Source: an uncultured Acidobacteriota bacterium (GTDB lineage: Bacteria > Acidobacteriota > Thermoanaerobaculia > UBA5066 > Gp7-AA6). Taken from it: a DNA stretch of 64,000 nucleotides. The DNA is taken from NCBI GenBank assembly GCA_963843325.1, contig CAWJKC010000016.1, forward strand, positions 638,319-702,318, written 5' to 3'. Below are positions 18,673 to 27,732 of this stretch, one piece after another. The translations under genes and the position numbers were made by a program. The notes beneath the pieces were generated by a model. That model ran no database searches and was not told the origin of the DNA. It saw nothing but the letters and a program-made list of their open reading frames with translations. The stretch's first letter is position 1, and each line of letters begins with the position of its first letter.

Positions 18673-19653
18673 GTGCGCGTGCTGGCCGGAGACATCGGCG
18701 GGACCAAGACGGCGATCGCGACGATCGAAATCGCCGCCGGGCGCTGCCGGATTCTCCGCGAGCAGCGATACCCGAGCGCCGAGTACGGCACGCTCGAGAC
18801 CATCCTGGCGGAGTTCCTGTCCTCCGAGAAGAGCCTCCCGGCGGCCGCGGGCTTCGGCGTCGCCGGCCCCGTTCGCAATGGCAAGTCGCGAATCACGAAT
18901 CTCCCGTGGCGCCTCGACGCGGCGAAGCTGTCGCGCCGGCTCGGAATCCGGCGCCTGGCGCTCGTGAACGACTTTGGCGCCAATGCGCGCGGCCTGCGTT
19001 ACCTCGGAGCCCGACAGGTCGCGACGCTCTGGCGCGGGCGCCCGGAGAAGGGCGGCCCGGTCGCCGTCCTCGGGGCCGGCACGGGTCTCGGTCAGGCCGG
19101 CGTGCTGCCGGACGGAGACCACGACGTCGTCGTCGCGTCCGAGGCCGGCCACGTCGAGTTCGGGCCCCGCACGGCGCAGGAGGGGCGTCTCGTGGACTTT
19201 CTCCGCGCGCGCTTCGGCCGGGCCACGCGCGAGCGCGTCCTCTCGGGCAGCGGACTCGAGCTCGTCTACGAGTTCCTCGCGGCCGACGGCGCCGCCCGTC
19301 CGAACCGCGCGGTGACGGCCGAGCTCGCCGCCGCCGAAGACGGGGCGGCCGTCATCAGCCGCCACGGGCTCGCGCGACGGGATCCGCTCTGCCGCGCCGC
19401 GCTCGATCTGTGGGTCTCGATCTACGGCTCGGAGGCGGGCAACGCCGCCCTGCAGTACCGGGCGACCGGGGGCCTCTACGTCGCCGGGGGAATCGCCGCG
19501 AAGATCCTGCCCGCGTTGAAGCGCCCCGGTTTCCTGCGCGCGCTCCACGACAAGGCGCCGATGCGGGAGCTGGTCACCGGGATCCCGGTGCGCGTCGTGC
19601 TCGATGCGAACCTGGGACTGTACGGCGCGGCGGCCGCCGCGCTGGCTACATGA
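18673..19653 (+). CDS. glk: glucokinase
   Basis: GTG start; MRVLAGDIGGTKTAIA ATP-binding N-terminus, Glk family length (326 aa). Confidence 0.85.
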   Translation: MRVLAGDIGGTKTAIATIEIAAGRCRILREQRYPSAEYGTLETILAEFLSSEKSLPAAAGFGVAGPVRNGKSRITNLPWRLDAAKLSRRLGIRRLALVNDFGANARGLRYLGARQVATLWRGRPEKGGPVAVLGAGTGLGQAGVLPDGDHDVVVASEAGHVEFGPRTAQEGRLVDFLRARFGRATRERVLSGSGLELVYEFLAADGAARPNRAVTAELAAAEDGAAVISRHGLARRDPLCRAALDLWVSIYGSEAGNAALQYRATGGLYVAGGIAAKILPALKRPGFLRALHDKAPMRELVTGIPVRVVLDANLGLYGAAAAALAT

Positions 19654-20044
19654 CGATGATCGAGACGACCTTGTTTTCCTCGATCATGAGCACGCGCCCG
19701 ATCCGGCCGTAGGTCCAGCGCAGCCGCTGGGGACCCTTGTCGCCAGGCTTGCGCTTCTCCTCTTCGATCTTGTCGGGATTCCCCAGCAAATCGCGCACTT
19801 CCATCGTGCTCATGCCCTCGTGCAGCGTGCCGACCACCGCGTCCGACTGCTCGGTGATCGCCGCGGTCGCGTCGCCGGTCACGCGATTGCGCTCCGAGCT
19901 CTTGACCGCCGCGCGCGAGCCCATGAGCGGGCCGACCATCGAGTCGACGAGACCGGAAACCGTGGGCTGGTCCTTGTAGATCCAGTACGCGACCCCGACG
20001 ATCGCCGCCAGGATCAGGAGTCGGCGAATGCGGCGTCCGGTCAT
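19646..20044 (-). CDS. membrane-anchored SmpA/OmlA (BamE-like) domain protein
   Basis: N-terminal TM (LLILAAIVGVAYWIY). C-terminal MSTMEVRDLLGNPDKI...WTYGRIGRVLMIEENKVV resembles BamE motif. Paralogous to 59495..59872. Confidence 0.55.
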   Translation of the reverse strand: MTGRRIRRLLILAAIVGVAYWIYKDQPTVSGLVDSMVGPLMGSRAAVKSSERNRVTGDATAAITEQSDAVVGTLHEGMSTMEVRDLLGNPDKIEEEKRKPGDKGPQRLRWTYGRIGRVLMIEENKVVSIIVM

Positions 20045-20084
20045 GGAGAAGATTGTACGGCGTCCCCGGGCTCCGGGCGCACCT

Positions 20085-20444
20085 TCATGGCCGCCGCGAG
20101 GCGGACGCGTCGGCGAGCGCGCGGTTGGCGCGGGCGACGAGCTCCTCGAGCTTGGCGCGGCAGCGAGCGCGGTGCTCCGCCGGCACTTCCCAGACCACGT
20201 CGAACGGCGAGAAGACCGCCTCCTCGAGCGAGGGCTCGTCCTCGACCGCGCCGCGCGTCCACTCTTCGCGCAGCATGGCGCGGCGCGCGTAGCGGAGCGC
20301 CTCGAGGCTCACGTCGTCGGTCGCCGTCAGGCGAAAGCGCAGGGGCACGGTCGCCTCTTCGAGCAGCGCTGCGCTCGACCCCGCCGAGTAGGCGTTGGAC
20401 GCGGGCGGCTGCTCGACCTCGGAGAATCCAATGCGTCTGGCCAT
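20085..20444 (-). CDS. hypothetical acidic protein, tandem paralog A
   Basis: 119 aa. Shares LRF..(A)..EALRYARRAM.REE.TRG..EDEPS.E......W.......CRAK..ELV.RANRA.A with paralog B. Confidence 0.5.
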   Translation of the reverse strand: MARRIGFSEVEQPPASNAYSAGSSAALLEEATVPLRFRLTATDDVSLEALRYARRAMLREEWTRGAVEDEPSLEEAVFSPFDVVWEVPAEHRARCRAKLEELVARANRALADASASRRP

Positions 20445-20585
20445 GGACCCTTCTCAGTGCGAAGCGCGTGCCGCGCGAGTCGACGCGCCGCAAGCGGCAG
20501 CAGTCAGAGAGACTTGCGGGAGGGGAACCGACGGAGGCGGGCTGTGCCGGATCCGGGAAACTGTTACCGGCGGTAACGCAAGCCG

Positions 20586-20948
20586 CTAGCGCCGCGTCGC
20601 CCGCATTTCCGCGACGGCACGGTTGGCGCGCTCGACGAGCTCGGCGACCTTCTGGCGGCACCACGCCGCCTGCGAGGCGAGCGCGAACCACCGGATCTCC
20701 TGGCCCGCGAGAGACGGATCCTCCATGGAGGGCTCATCCCACTCGAGGCCGCGGGTGCGTTCCTCGCGGATCATCGAGCGGCGCGCGTAGCGCAACGCCT
20801 CCATCTCATCCTCGGCGGCGAGCGCGATCTGGAACCGGAGCATCACGCGCCGCGAGGGGTCGACACGCAGAGCCACCGCGTCGCGCAACTCCGCCCCGAC
20901 CGAGGCGGGCTCGGTGCTCGTTTCGCGGAAGCGGATCGGCTCCGTCAT
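20586..20948 (-). CDS. hypothetical acidic protein, tandem paralog B
   Basis: 120 aa. ATG overlaps upstream membrane-protein stop (ATGA). Same conserved core as paralog A. Confidence 0.5.
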   Translation of the reverse strand: MTEPIRFRETSTEPASVGAELRDAVALRVDPSRRVMLRFQIALAAEDEMEALRYARRSMIREERTRGLEWDEPSMEDPSLAGQEIRWFALASQAAWCRQKVAELVERANRAVAEMRATRR

Positions 20949-23047
20949 CGGGTTGGAGGCCTCGATTCTACCGCACCGGATGCCTCGCGCCGCACCCGAT
21001 AGAGCACCGCCGCCCCGTCGCGCCCGACGCGCTCGAGCCGATCGTCGAGGCCGACGGGCAGCCCCGCCGGGCGCCGGTCCGTACGCTGTAGTACATAAGT
21101 CACGCCGAGCGCGTCGAGGCCCGCCCGCCACGCCGCCGGATCGCGGCCCCACGCGGCCACTGGCAGGTATTCGACGCTCCAGGCGACCTCCGCCGGACAG
21201 TGAAACCGGTCGTTCTCGCCGATGAAGAGCACGCGATCCCGGGCCGTGACGTCCGGCCAGAGCCGGTAGCCCGGAAGGCGGGCCGCGAGGCTCTGCTCGC
21301 GCGACATCCGTCCCGCGGCCACCCTCCACTCCACGCCGCTCGAGCCGAGCTGTACCGGGAAGGCGGCCGCCGCGCCGAGCAGCGCGACTCCGGCCGCCGC
21401 GCCCCACGCGCCCGCAAGGCGCCCCGTCAGCCGTCGGAGCCCCTCGGCGCAGAAGACGGCGTAGAGGGGATAGACCGGGAAGAGATAGCGGATCGACGGC
21501 AGGTAGAGCAGCGACCACGGCACGAGCCACGGCACGGCGGCGACGCAGAAGAGCGCGACGCGGCGCGCGTCCCATCCCGCAAGCCCGACGAGCAGGACGA
21601 GCACCAGGATGCCGTTGTAGCCGTCGCCGTTGCCCTCGAACCGGCTCGAGTGAAACACGAGGTCGTACGGCAGCGTCGCCAGCGCGCGCAGGCGTGCGCC
21701 CGGCGCGCGCCGCGGCGCCGCGACGCCCGAAGCCGGCGACGTCTGGAAGTAGTGCCCGCTCGTCACGCGCTCGACGAGCTCGGCCGGCGAGGCCGCGTAG
21801 GGCGCTGCGACGGAACCCGCGTGCCGCGCGCTCCAGGCCAGCCAGGGAGCGAGCGCCACGACCGCGCAGGCGAGCGCGCCGGCCGCCTGTCCGAGCGACG
21901 GGCGCGGCCGCGCTCGTACGAACAGGATGAGCAGCGCGGGCAGCGCGCCGAGCGCGAACACCTTGGTCGCCACCGCGCCGCCGAAAAGGAAACCCGCCAG
22001 GCGCAGCCGGCCGCCTCCGGCGCGGACCGCGGCGAGCTCGGCCGCCGCAGCCGTCACGAGAAGCGCCGCCGGCCAGTCGACGTAGGTCGCGCGCAGCTGC
22101 AGCATCGCCGGCGGAAACGCCGCGAGCGCCAGGACGGCGAGCGCGGCCGAGCCCTCGAACCGCAGCCGCCGGCACAGCGCGAGCGCCGCCCCGAAGACCG
22201 CGACGCCGACGCCGAACTGCAGCAGCCGGACGACGCGTTCGCCCCCGTAGAAAAAGCCGAGCGCGAGATACGCGTCGTGATTGCGCCAGAGCAGCGAGTG
22301 CGGCATGAGGTCCGGGCGTACCGCCACGCGCCCGAGTTGCGCAATCTCGCGCGCCTCCGGCAGGTGGTACGCCAGCCCGTCCCACGACACGTCGGGCGAG
22401 AGCGCTCCCACCCACGCGGCGAATAGCGCGAGCGCCGCGAAGGCCAGCCACGCGGCCTCGATCCACGCCGGGCCGTCCCCCCACGGCAGCCGGCAACCCG
22501 CACGCGCGAGGCCCGCGAGGACGCCCAGGCGCCGCGCGCGCGCGAGCGCGATCGCTACGAGCACCGCGGCCAGCGACCTGGCAGACAGGATGCCGGCTTC
22601 GCCGAGCAGCAGGACGACGAGGCCGAGCGCGACGCAGCCCGCGGCGAAAGCCGACGCGAGGCCGCCCGCCGCGGGCTCGACTCCGGTGAGAAGGCGGGAC
22701 ACGAGGTCCCCGACGACGAACGTCGCCGTCAGCAGGACGGCGGCGACACCGAAGGCCGCCGCGTTGCCCGACGCGACCGTCATCGCCGCGGCCAGCAGGA
22801 GCCCGATCCCCGCGGCGAGCCGCGGACGCAGGCGCAGGCCGACGGCAAGCACCGCGAGCGCACAGAGTGCCCCGGCCGCCGCCAGGGCCAGAGTCGAGGT
22901 CGCATGCAGCGCCGTCAGCTTGTCGCGGTAGGCGCGCAGCAGCGGCAGCGCGCGCCACAGCAGGAGGAGGACGGCGGCGACGACGAGGATGGAACCCGGG
23001 CGCGACCCGGCGCGCGTGGGCCCGGACTGCTGTAAACCCGCCTCCAT
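20945..23047 (-). CDS. polytopic membrane protein, GT-C-type glycosyltransferase-like (ArnT/PMT-like) with C-terminal soluble domain
   Basis: ~700 aa, about 12 predicted TM helices, first-loop WDGLAYHLPEAREIA segment, ~180-aa C-terminal domain. Family assignment is by architecture only. Confidence 0.5.
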   Translation of the reverse strand: MEAGLQQSGPTRAGSRPGSILVVAAVLLLLWRALPLLRAYRDKLTALHATSTLALAAAGALCALAVLAVGLRLRPRLAAGIGLLLAAAMTVASGNAAAFGVAAVLLTATFVVGDLVSRLLTGVEPAAGGLASAFAAGCVALGLVVLLLGEAGILSARSLAAVLVAIALARARRLGVLAGLARAGCRLPWGDGPAWIEAAWLAFAALALFAAWVGALSPDVSWDGLAYHLPEAREIAQLGRVAVRPDLMPHSLLWRNHDAYLALGFFYGGERVVRLLQFGVGVAVFGAALALCRRLRFEGSAALAVLALAAFPPAMLQLRATYVDWPAALLVTAAAAELAAVRAGGGRLRLAGFLFGGAVATKVFALGALPALLILFVRARPRPSLGQAAGALACAVVALAPWLAWSARHAGSVAAPYAASPAELVERVTSGHYFQTSPASGVAAPRRAPGARLRALATLPYDLVFHSSRFEGNGDGYNGILVLVLLVGLAGWDARRVALFCVAAVPWLVPWSLLYLPSIRYLFPVYPLYAVFCAEGLRRLTGRLAGAWGAAAGVALLGAAAAFPVQLGSSGVEWRVAAGRMSREQSLAARLPGYRLWPDVTARDRVLFIGENDRFHCPAEVAWSVEYLPVAAWGRDPAAWRAGLDALGVTYVLQRTDRRPAGLPVGLDDRLERVGRDGAAVLYRVRREASGAVESRPPTR

Positions 23048-23171
23048 GCCGCTCGTCGAATTCCCTGCAGGCAAGATACATGAAGAAAACACCCACGTTC
23101 GTCCTCGCCGCCAACATCGACCGGCAGAAGCGCTACGGCCAGACGCGGTAAACCCGCGCCCTCCTGCATCC

Positions 23172-23201
23172 TGCCCCGCCCCGCGGCGGGGCCTTTTTTT
23201 T
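23172..23201 (+). terminator. intrinsic terminator 30 nt upstream of the channel gene
   Basis: CCCCGCCCCGCGGCGGGG hairpin followed by CCTTTTTTTT. Preceded by a 23-codon ORF (MKKTPTFVLAANIDRQKRYGQTR). Confidence 0.5.
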
Positions 23202-23230
23202 GGCGCGGGCCGAAGTGATTCAATGGGCCT

Positions 23231-24325
23231 GTGACGCGGGCCGAAATCTCCCTCCTGATGATCGCGGGCGGCGCGCTGCTGCTGGGCGTCACGCTCTGGG
23301 ACGCGTTCGAGACGATGGTCCTCTCGCGCCGCGTCTCCCGGGGCACGCGACTGACGACGCTCTTCTACCGCCTGAGCTGGCCGTCGTGGCGCGCGATCGC
23401 GCGGCGCCTGCCGCGCGGCAACCGGCGCGAGAACTTCCTGATGGTTTACGGCCCGCTCTGGCTCCTGCTCGTCATCGCGCTGTGGGCGGTCAGCATGGTC
23501 CTCGCGTTCGGGCTCATGCAGTGGGGCGCAGGCTCCCGCATGGCGTCGCCCGACGGCAGCAACAACTTCCTGACCACCCTCTACATGAGCGGCACGACGC
23601 TCTTCACCCTCGGCCTCGGCGACGTGGTGCCGCACTCCGCGATGGGCCGCCTCTTCACCGTGCTCGAATCCGGCATCGGCCTCGGCTTCCTCGCGCTCGT
23701 CATCGGATACCTGCCCGTGCTGTCGCAGGCCTTCTCGCGGCGCGAAGCCGCGATCGCGCTGCTCGACGCGCGCGCCGGTTCTCCGCCGACGGCCCTCGAG
23801 ATCCTGCGGCGTCACACCGGCGAAAACGGAGACGACGCCCTGGTCGAGCTGCTGCGCGACTGGGAGAAGTGGGCGGCCGAGCTGCTCGAGAGCCACGTCT
23901 CCTTCCCGGTGCTCGCGTTCTACCGCTCGCAGCACGACAACCAGTCGTGGGTCGCCGCAATGACGTCCGTGCTCGATGCGAGCGCGCTGCTGCTCGCCGT
24001 CGTGGACACGCAGTGCCGGCGCCAGGCGCGCCTGACGTTCGCGATGGCGCGCCACGCCGTGGCCGACATGGTGCTCGTGCTCGACCGCAAGCCGGCCGCT
24101 CCCGATCCGGATCGGATGACGCCCGCCGATCTCCTTCGGCTGCGCGAGGCGCTGGCGGAGGCGAAGATCCCCCTGGCCCCGGCGCCCGAAGCGGCATCGC
24201 GTCTGGCAGAGCTGCGGCAGATGTACGAGCCCAAGGTCTTCGCGCTCTCGACCCTCCTCGAAATGCCGCTGCCTCCGTGGATTCCCCTCGCATCCCGGCG
24301 CGAAGACCGGGTCGCGCACTTCTAG
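23231..24325 (+). CDS. two-TM ion channel family protein (K+-channel-like pore, TLGLGD) with cytoplasmic C-terminal domain
   Basis: GTG start. TM1, pore helix + filter-like TLFTLGLGDVVP, TM2 LGFLALVIGYLPVL, ~200-aa soluble C-terminus. GLG replaces canonical GYG. Confidence 0.7.
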   Translation: MTRAEISLLMIAGGALLLGVTLWDAFETMVLSRRVSRGTRLTTLFYRLSWPSWRAIARRLPRGNRRENFLMVYGPLWLLLVIALWAVSMVLAFGLMQWGAGSRMASPDGSNNFLTTLYMSGTTLFTLGLGDVVPHSAMGRLFTVLESGIGLGFLALVIGYLPVLSQAFSRREAAIALLDARAGSPPTALEILRRHTGENGDDALVELLRDWEKWAAELLESHVSFPVLAFYRSQHDNQSWVAAMTSVLDASALLLAVVDTQCRRQARLTFAMARHAVADMVLVLDRKPAAPDPDRMTPADLLRLREALAEAKIPLAPAPEAASRLAELRQMYEPKVFALSTLLEMPLPPWIPLASRREDRVAHF

Positions 24326-24333
24326 AGGGCGCC

Positions 24334-25766
24334 GTGACGACCGAAGACCGGAGCCTCGAGCTCTCCCCGGACGCCCTGCGCGAGCTGATCGACGCCGCCA
24401 CCGAGCGCATCGTGGCGCACATCGCCTCGCTGCCCGCGCAGCCCTCGCACGACACGGAGGGCGGCGCCGCGCTCGCGCGCTCGCTCGCCGAGCCGATCCC
24501 GGAAACGGGCCGGCCGGCCGCGGAGCTGCTCGACCTTCTGTTCGAGCGCGTCGTGCCGAAGAGCTTCAACACGGCCGGGCCGGGATACCTCGCATACATC
24601 CCGGGCGGCGGGCTGCCCCACGCGGCCGTCGCGGACCTGATCGCCGACGCCGTCAATCGCTACGTCGGCGTGTTCGCCGCCGCGCCGGGCCTGGCGCAGA
24701 TCGAGTCGAACGTCGTCCGCTGGTTCGCGGACCTCGCCGGCCTGCCGTCCGGGGCCGGCGGCATCCTGACGAGCGGCGGCTCGCTCGCGACCTTCTCCGC
24801 CCTGGTCGCCGCGCGGCGCGACCGGCTGCCGGAGAACTTCTTCTCGGGAACGCTCTACGCCTCCGACCAGACGCACCACGCGCTGCAGAAGGCGGCGGTC
24901 CTCGCCGGCTTCCCCGCCGGGAACGTCCGCGAGATCCCGACCGACGCGGCGTACCGCATGCGCGTGCCGGACGCTCGAGCGAAGCGATCGCGGTGGATCG
25001 CGCCGACGGCCGGACGCCCTTCTTCGTCGGCGGCAACGCCGGAACGACGAACACGGGCGCGGTCGACGATCTCGCGGCGCTCGCGGAGCTCGCCGCGCGC
25101 GAACGGCTCTGGTTCCACGTCGACGGCGCGTACGGCGGGTTCTTCCTGCTGACGGGGGAAGGCCGCCGCCGGATGGCCGGCATCGAGCGCGCCGACTCGA
25201 TCGTGCTCGATCCGCACAAGGGCCTCTTTCTCCCGTACGGCACGGGCGCGCTGCTCGTTCGCGACGTCGAGACGCTCCGGCGCGCGCACGCCCTCTCCGC
25301 CGAGTACCTGCCGTCGATGCAGGAAGACCCCGACCTCGTGGACTTCAACATGCTCTCGCCCGAGCTCTCGCGCGACTTCCGCGGGCTGCGCGTCTGGCTG
25401 CCCCTGAAGATGCACGGAATCGGCCCGTTCCGGACGAACCTCGAGGAGAAGCTCGCGCTCGCGCAGCACGCGGCGCGGGAGCTCGCGCGGATGCCGGGCG
25501 TCGAGATCCTCGCGGAGCCGCAGCTGTCCATCCTGGCGTTCCGCCTCGCGCGGCCCGGGCTCGATCCCGCCGCGCTCGACGCGCTCAACCGCGATCTGCT
25601 CGACCGCATCAACGGCCGAAAGCGCGTCTACCTGACCGGCACGCTCCTGCGCGGGCGCTTCGCCATCCGCATCTGCGTCCTCTCCTTCCGCACCCACCTC
25701 GACCGCATGGACCAGGGCCTCGAAGACATCCGCGCCGCCATCGCAGATCTGGGGGAAACGCCATGA
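24334..25766 (+). CDS. PLP-dependent group II amino-acid decarboxylase (frame broken near 24975)
   Basis: N-terminal part in frame 1 (..GPGYLAYIPGGG..SGGSLATFSALVAARR..), C-terminal part in frame 0 with PLP lysine DPHKGLFLPYGTGALLVR (track ORF 24993..25766). Junction RMRVPDA / EAIAVDRADGRTPFF implies a 1-nt indel. Confidence 0.7.
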
Positions 25767-26116
25767 CGCCTGCGCCCATCAAGCCGCCCGTTCCGTTCTC
25801 GGCCCTCGCGGCGATCGACCTCCGGGTCGGCACGATCGAAAGCGTCGAGGAGGTCCCGAAGTCCGACAAGCTGCTGCGCCTGACGGTGAACTTCGGCGAC
25901 CACACGCGGACGATCCTTTCGGGGATGAAGCAGGAGCGCGCGCGCCCCGAAGAGCTCGTCGGCGTCCAGACGCTCTTCGTGGTCAACCTCGAGCCGCGCA
26001 GGATGATGGGCGAGGTCTCCGAAGGCATGCTCTTCGACCTCGGCTACGCCGACGGCATCGCGCCTGCGCTCGCCATTCCGGAAAGGCCCGTGCCCGACGG
26101 CACGCGGGCCGGCTGA
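25763..26116 (+). CDS. tRNA-binding domain protein (CsaA/EMAP-II-like)
   Basis: ATG overlaps decarboxylase stop (ATGA). IDLRVGTIESVEEVPKSDKLLRLTVNFGDHTRTILSG OB-fold tRNA-binding signature. Confidence 0.7.
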   Translation: MTPAPIKPPVPFSALAAIDLRVGTIESVEEVPKSDKLLRLTVNFGDHTRTILSGMKQERARPEELVGVQTLFVVNLEPRRMMGEVSEGMLFDLGYADGIAPALAIPERPVPDGTRAG

Positions 26117-26129
26117 AGGAAGCGCGCGC

Positions 26130-27593
26130 CTAGACGAGCACCCGCGCGGCGCGAGCACCCTTCGTGGGCGCGTACGCCGCCCAGGCGCGGGCCAGGCGCT
26201 CGACGCCTTCCTTCATCGGGTCGGCGTCGAGCACGTAGGGGATCCGGAGGCGGTCGGCGCAGCCGCCGCCGGGCGACGCGAGCGTTCCCGGAACCACGGC
26301 CACGCCATGCCGGAGCGCGACCTGCGCGAACGCGTTCGCGTCTCCCTGGGGCAGCTTCACCCAGAGCGAGAGCCCGCCGGCGGGCACGTCCCACGTCCAG
26401 CTCGGCAGGTGGCGGGCGAGCAGCTTCGTCAGGCGGTCGAGCCGCTCGCGCATTTCGCGGCGGCGCGACTGCCGCACGCGCTCGGCCTCGCCGATCAGCC
26501 GCACGGCGCCGAGCTGGCCGACGAGCGAACCGCCGAGGTCCGCCATGATCTTCAGCCGCGTGATGCGCGCGAGCAGCTCCTCCGGCGCCCGGATCCAGCC
26601 GATGCGCAGGCCGCCCCAGAAGAGCTTCGACAGCGAGCCGATGGTCAGCACCGGCGCGGCGGCATCGAACGCCGCGATCGGCGCGGGAGGCTTGCCGCCG
26701 AGCGACAGGTCCGCCAGAGTGTTGTCTTCGAGGATCGGGATGCGCATTTCCTTCGAGAGCCGCGCGAGCGCGCGGCGGCAGGTCTCCGGCATCACGGCGC
26801 CGGTCGGATTCTGAAACGTCGGCATGAGGTAGATCAGCCGCGGCGCGGCGCGCTTGACGAGCTCGCGCAGGCGGTTGAGCCATGCGGCGTCGCCGCCCAC
26901 CGGCACGGCCGCGAGCCGGGCGCCCAGGCCGGCGAAGATGTCGATCGACCCGAGGTACGTCGGATCCTCCACGACGACCGTGTCGCCGCGTTCGAGAAAG
27001 AGGGCGCCCGCCAGTCCGATCGCCTGCTGCGCGCCGTGCGTCACCATCACCTGGTCCTCCGTGGTGGCGACACCCCAACCCGTCAGGTGGCGCGCGATGG
27101 CCGCGCGCAGGGCGGGCAATCCCATCGGCAGATAACCGGGCCCGCGGGAGAGCTCGCGGACCTCCTTCTCGTCGACGCGGGCGATCTCGCGCGCGAGCAG
27201 GTCCGGTGCCGGCAGGTGCGCGCCGAGAAACTCGATGGTGTCGCCCGGGCCGTCGACCAGGCTGCGGTAGACGGGGTGGCGCCGGAAGGACCCCGACGGA
27301 TCCTCGCGCAGGCGCAGCCCCGGTCCGCGGGAGAGCGATCCGCGCACGCGGGTGCCGCTGCCCCGGCGGCTCTCGACCCGCTCCTGCCCGCGCAGCTCCT
27401 CGTAGGCCGAGACGACCGTCGTCCGGGAGACCGCGAGCGCCTCCGCGAGGACGCGCTCGGCCGGCAGGCGGGTTCCCGGCTCGATCTCGCCGCGCTCGAT
27501 CGCGGCCGCGACGGCCCGGGAAAGGCGCCGGTACACGGGCCCCTCGCCCTTGGACCACTTCCCCAGGATGCCGACCAGGGCCGCTGGCGTCAC
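26130..27593 (-). CDS. MocR/GabR-type regulator (GntR HTH fused to aminotransferase-like domain)
   Basis: N-terminal GntR HTH (RLPAERVLAEALAVSRTTVVSAYEEL), class I aminotransferase-like domain with PLP lysine in SLSKLFWGGLRIG. Confidence 0.85.
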   Translation of the reverse strand: MTPAALVGILGKWSKGEGPVYRRLSRAVAAAIERGEIEPGTRLPAERVLAEALAVSRTTVVSAYEELRGQERVESRRGSGTRVRGSLSRGPGLRLREDPSGSFRRHPVYRSLVDGPGDTIEFLGAHLPAPDLLAREIARVDEKEVRELSRGPGYLPMGLPALRAAIARHLTGWGVATTEDQVMVTHGAQQAIGLAGALFLERGDTVVVEDPTYLGSIDIFAGLGARLAAVPVGGDAAWLNRLRELVKRAAPRLIYLMPTFQNPTGAVMPETCRRALARLSKEMRIPILEDNTLADLSLGGKPPAPIAAFDAAAPVLTIGSLSKLFWGGLRIGWIRAPEELLARITRLKIMADLGGSLVGQLGAVRLIGEAERVRQSRRREMRERLDRLTKLLARHLPSWTWDVPAGGLSLWVKLPQGDANAFAQVALRHGVAVVPGTLASPGGGCADRLRIPYVLDADPMKEGVERLARAWAAYAPTKGARAARVLV

Positions 27594-27732
27594 GGCGCGT
27601 CAGTCCAATTGGGCCGCAGGTGGCTATTGATTCGCCGAACCGGAGAGTCCATCGTAAGGGCCAATTGAAGCACAGCTGCAATGTGGACTCTAAAAGTGGA
27701 CTGGTCAGCCCAACCCCCGAAGGAGGCCCAAA

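Noticed and set aside
20945-24319. 1124-aa minus ORF
   Set aside because: Protein-like only from ATG about 23047 downward (membrane protein). The upstream 420 codons are antisense to the K+-channel gene.
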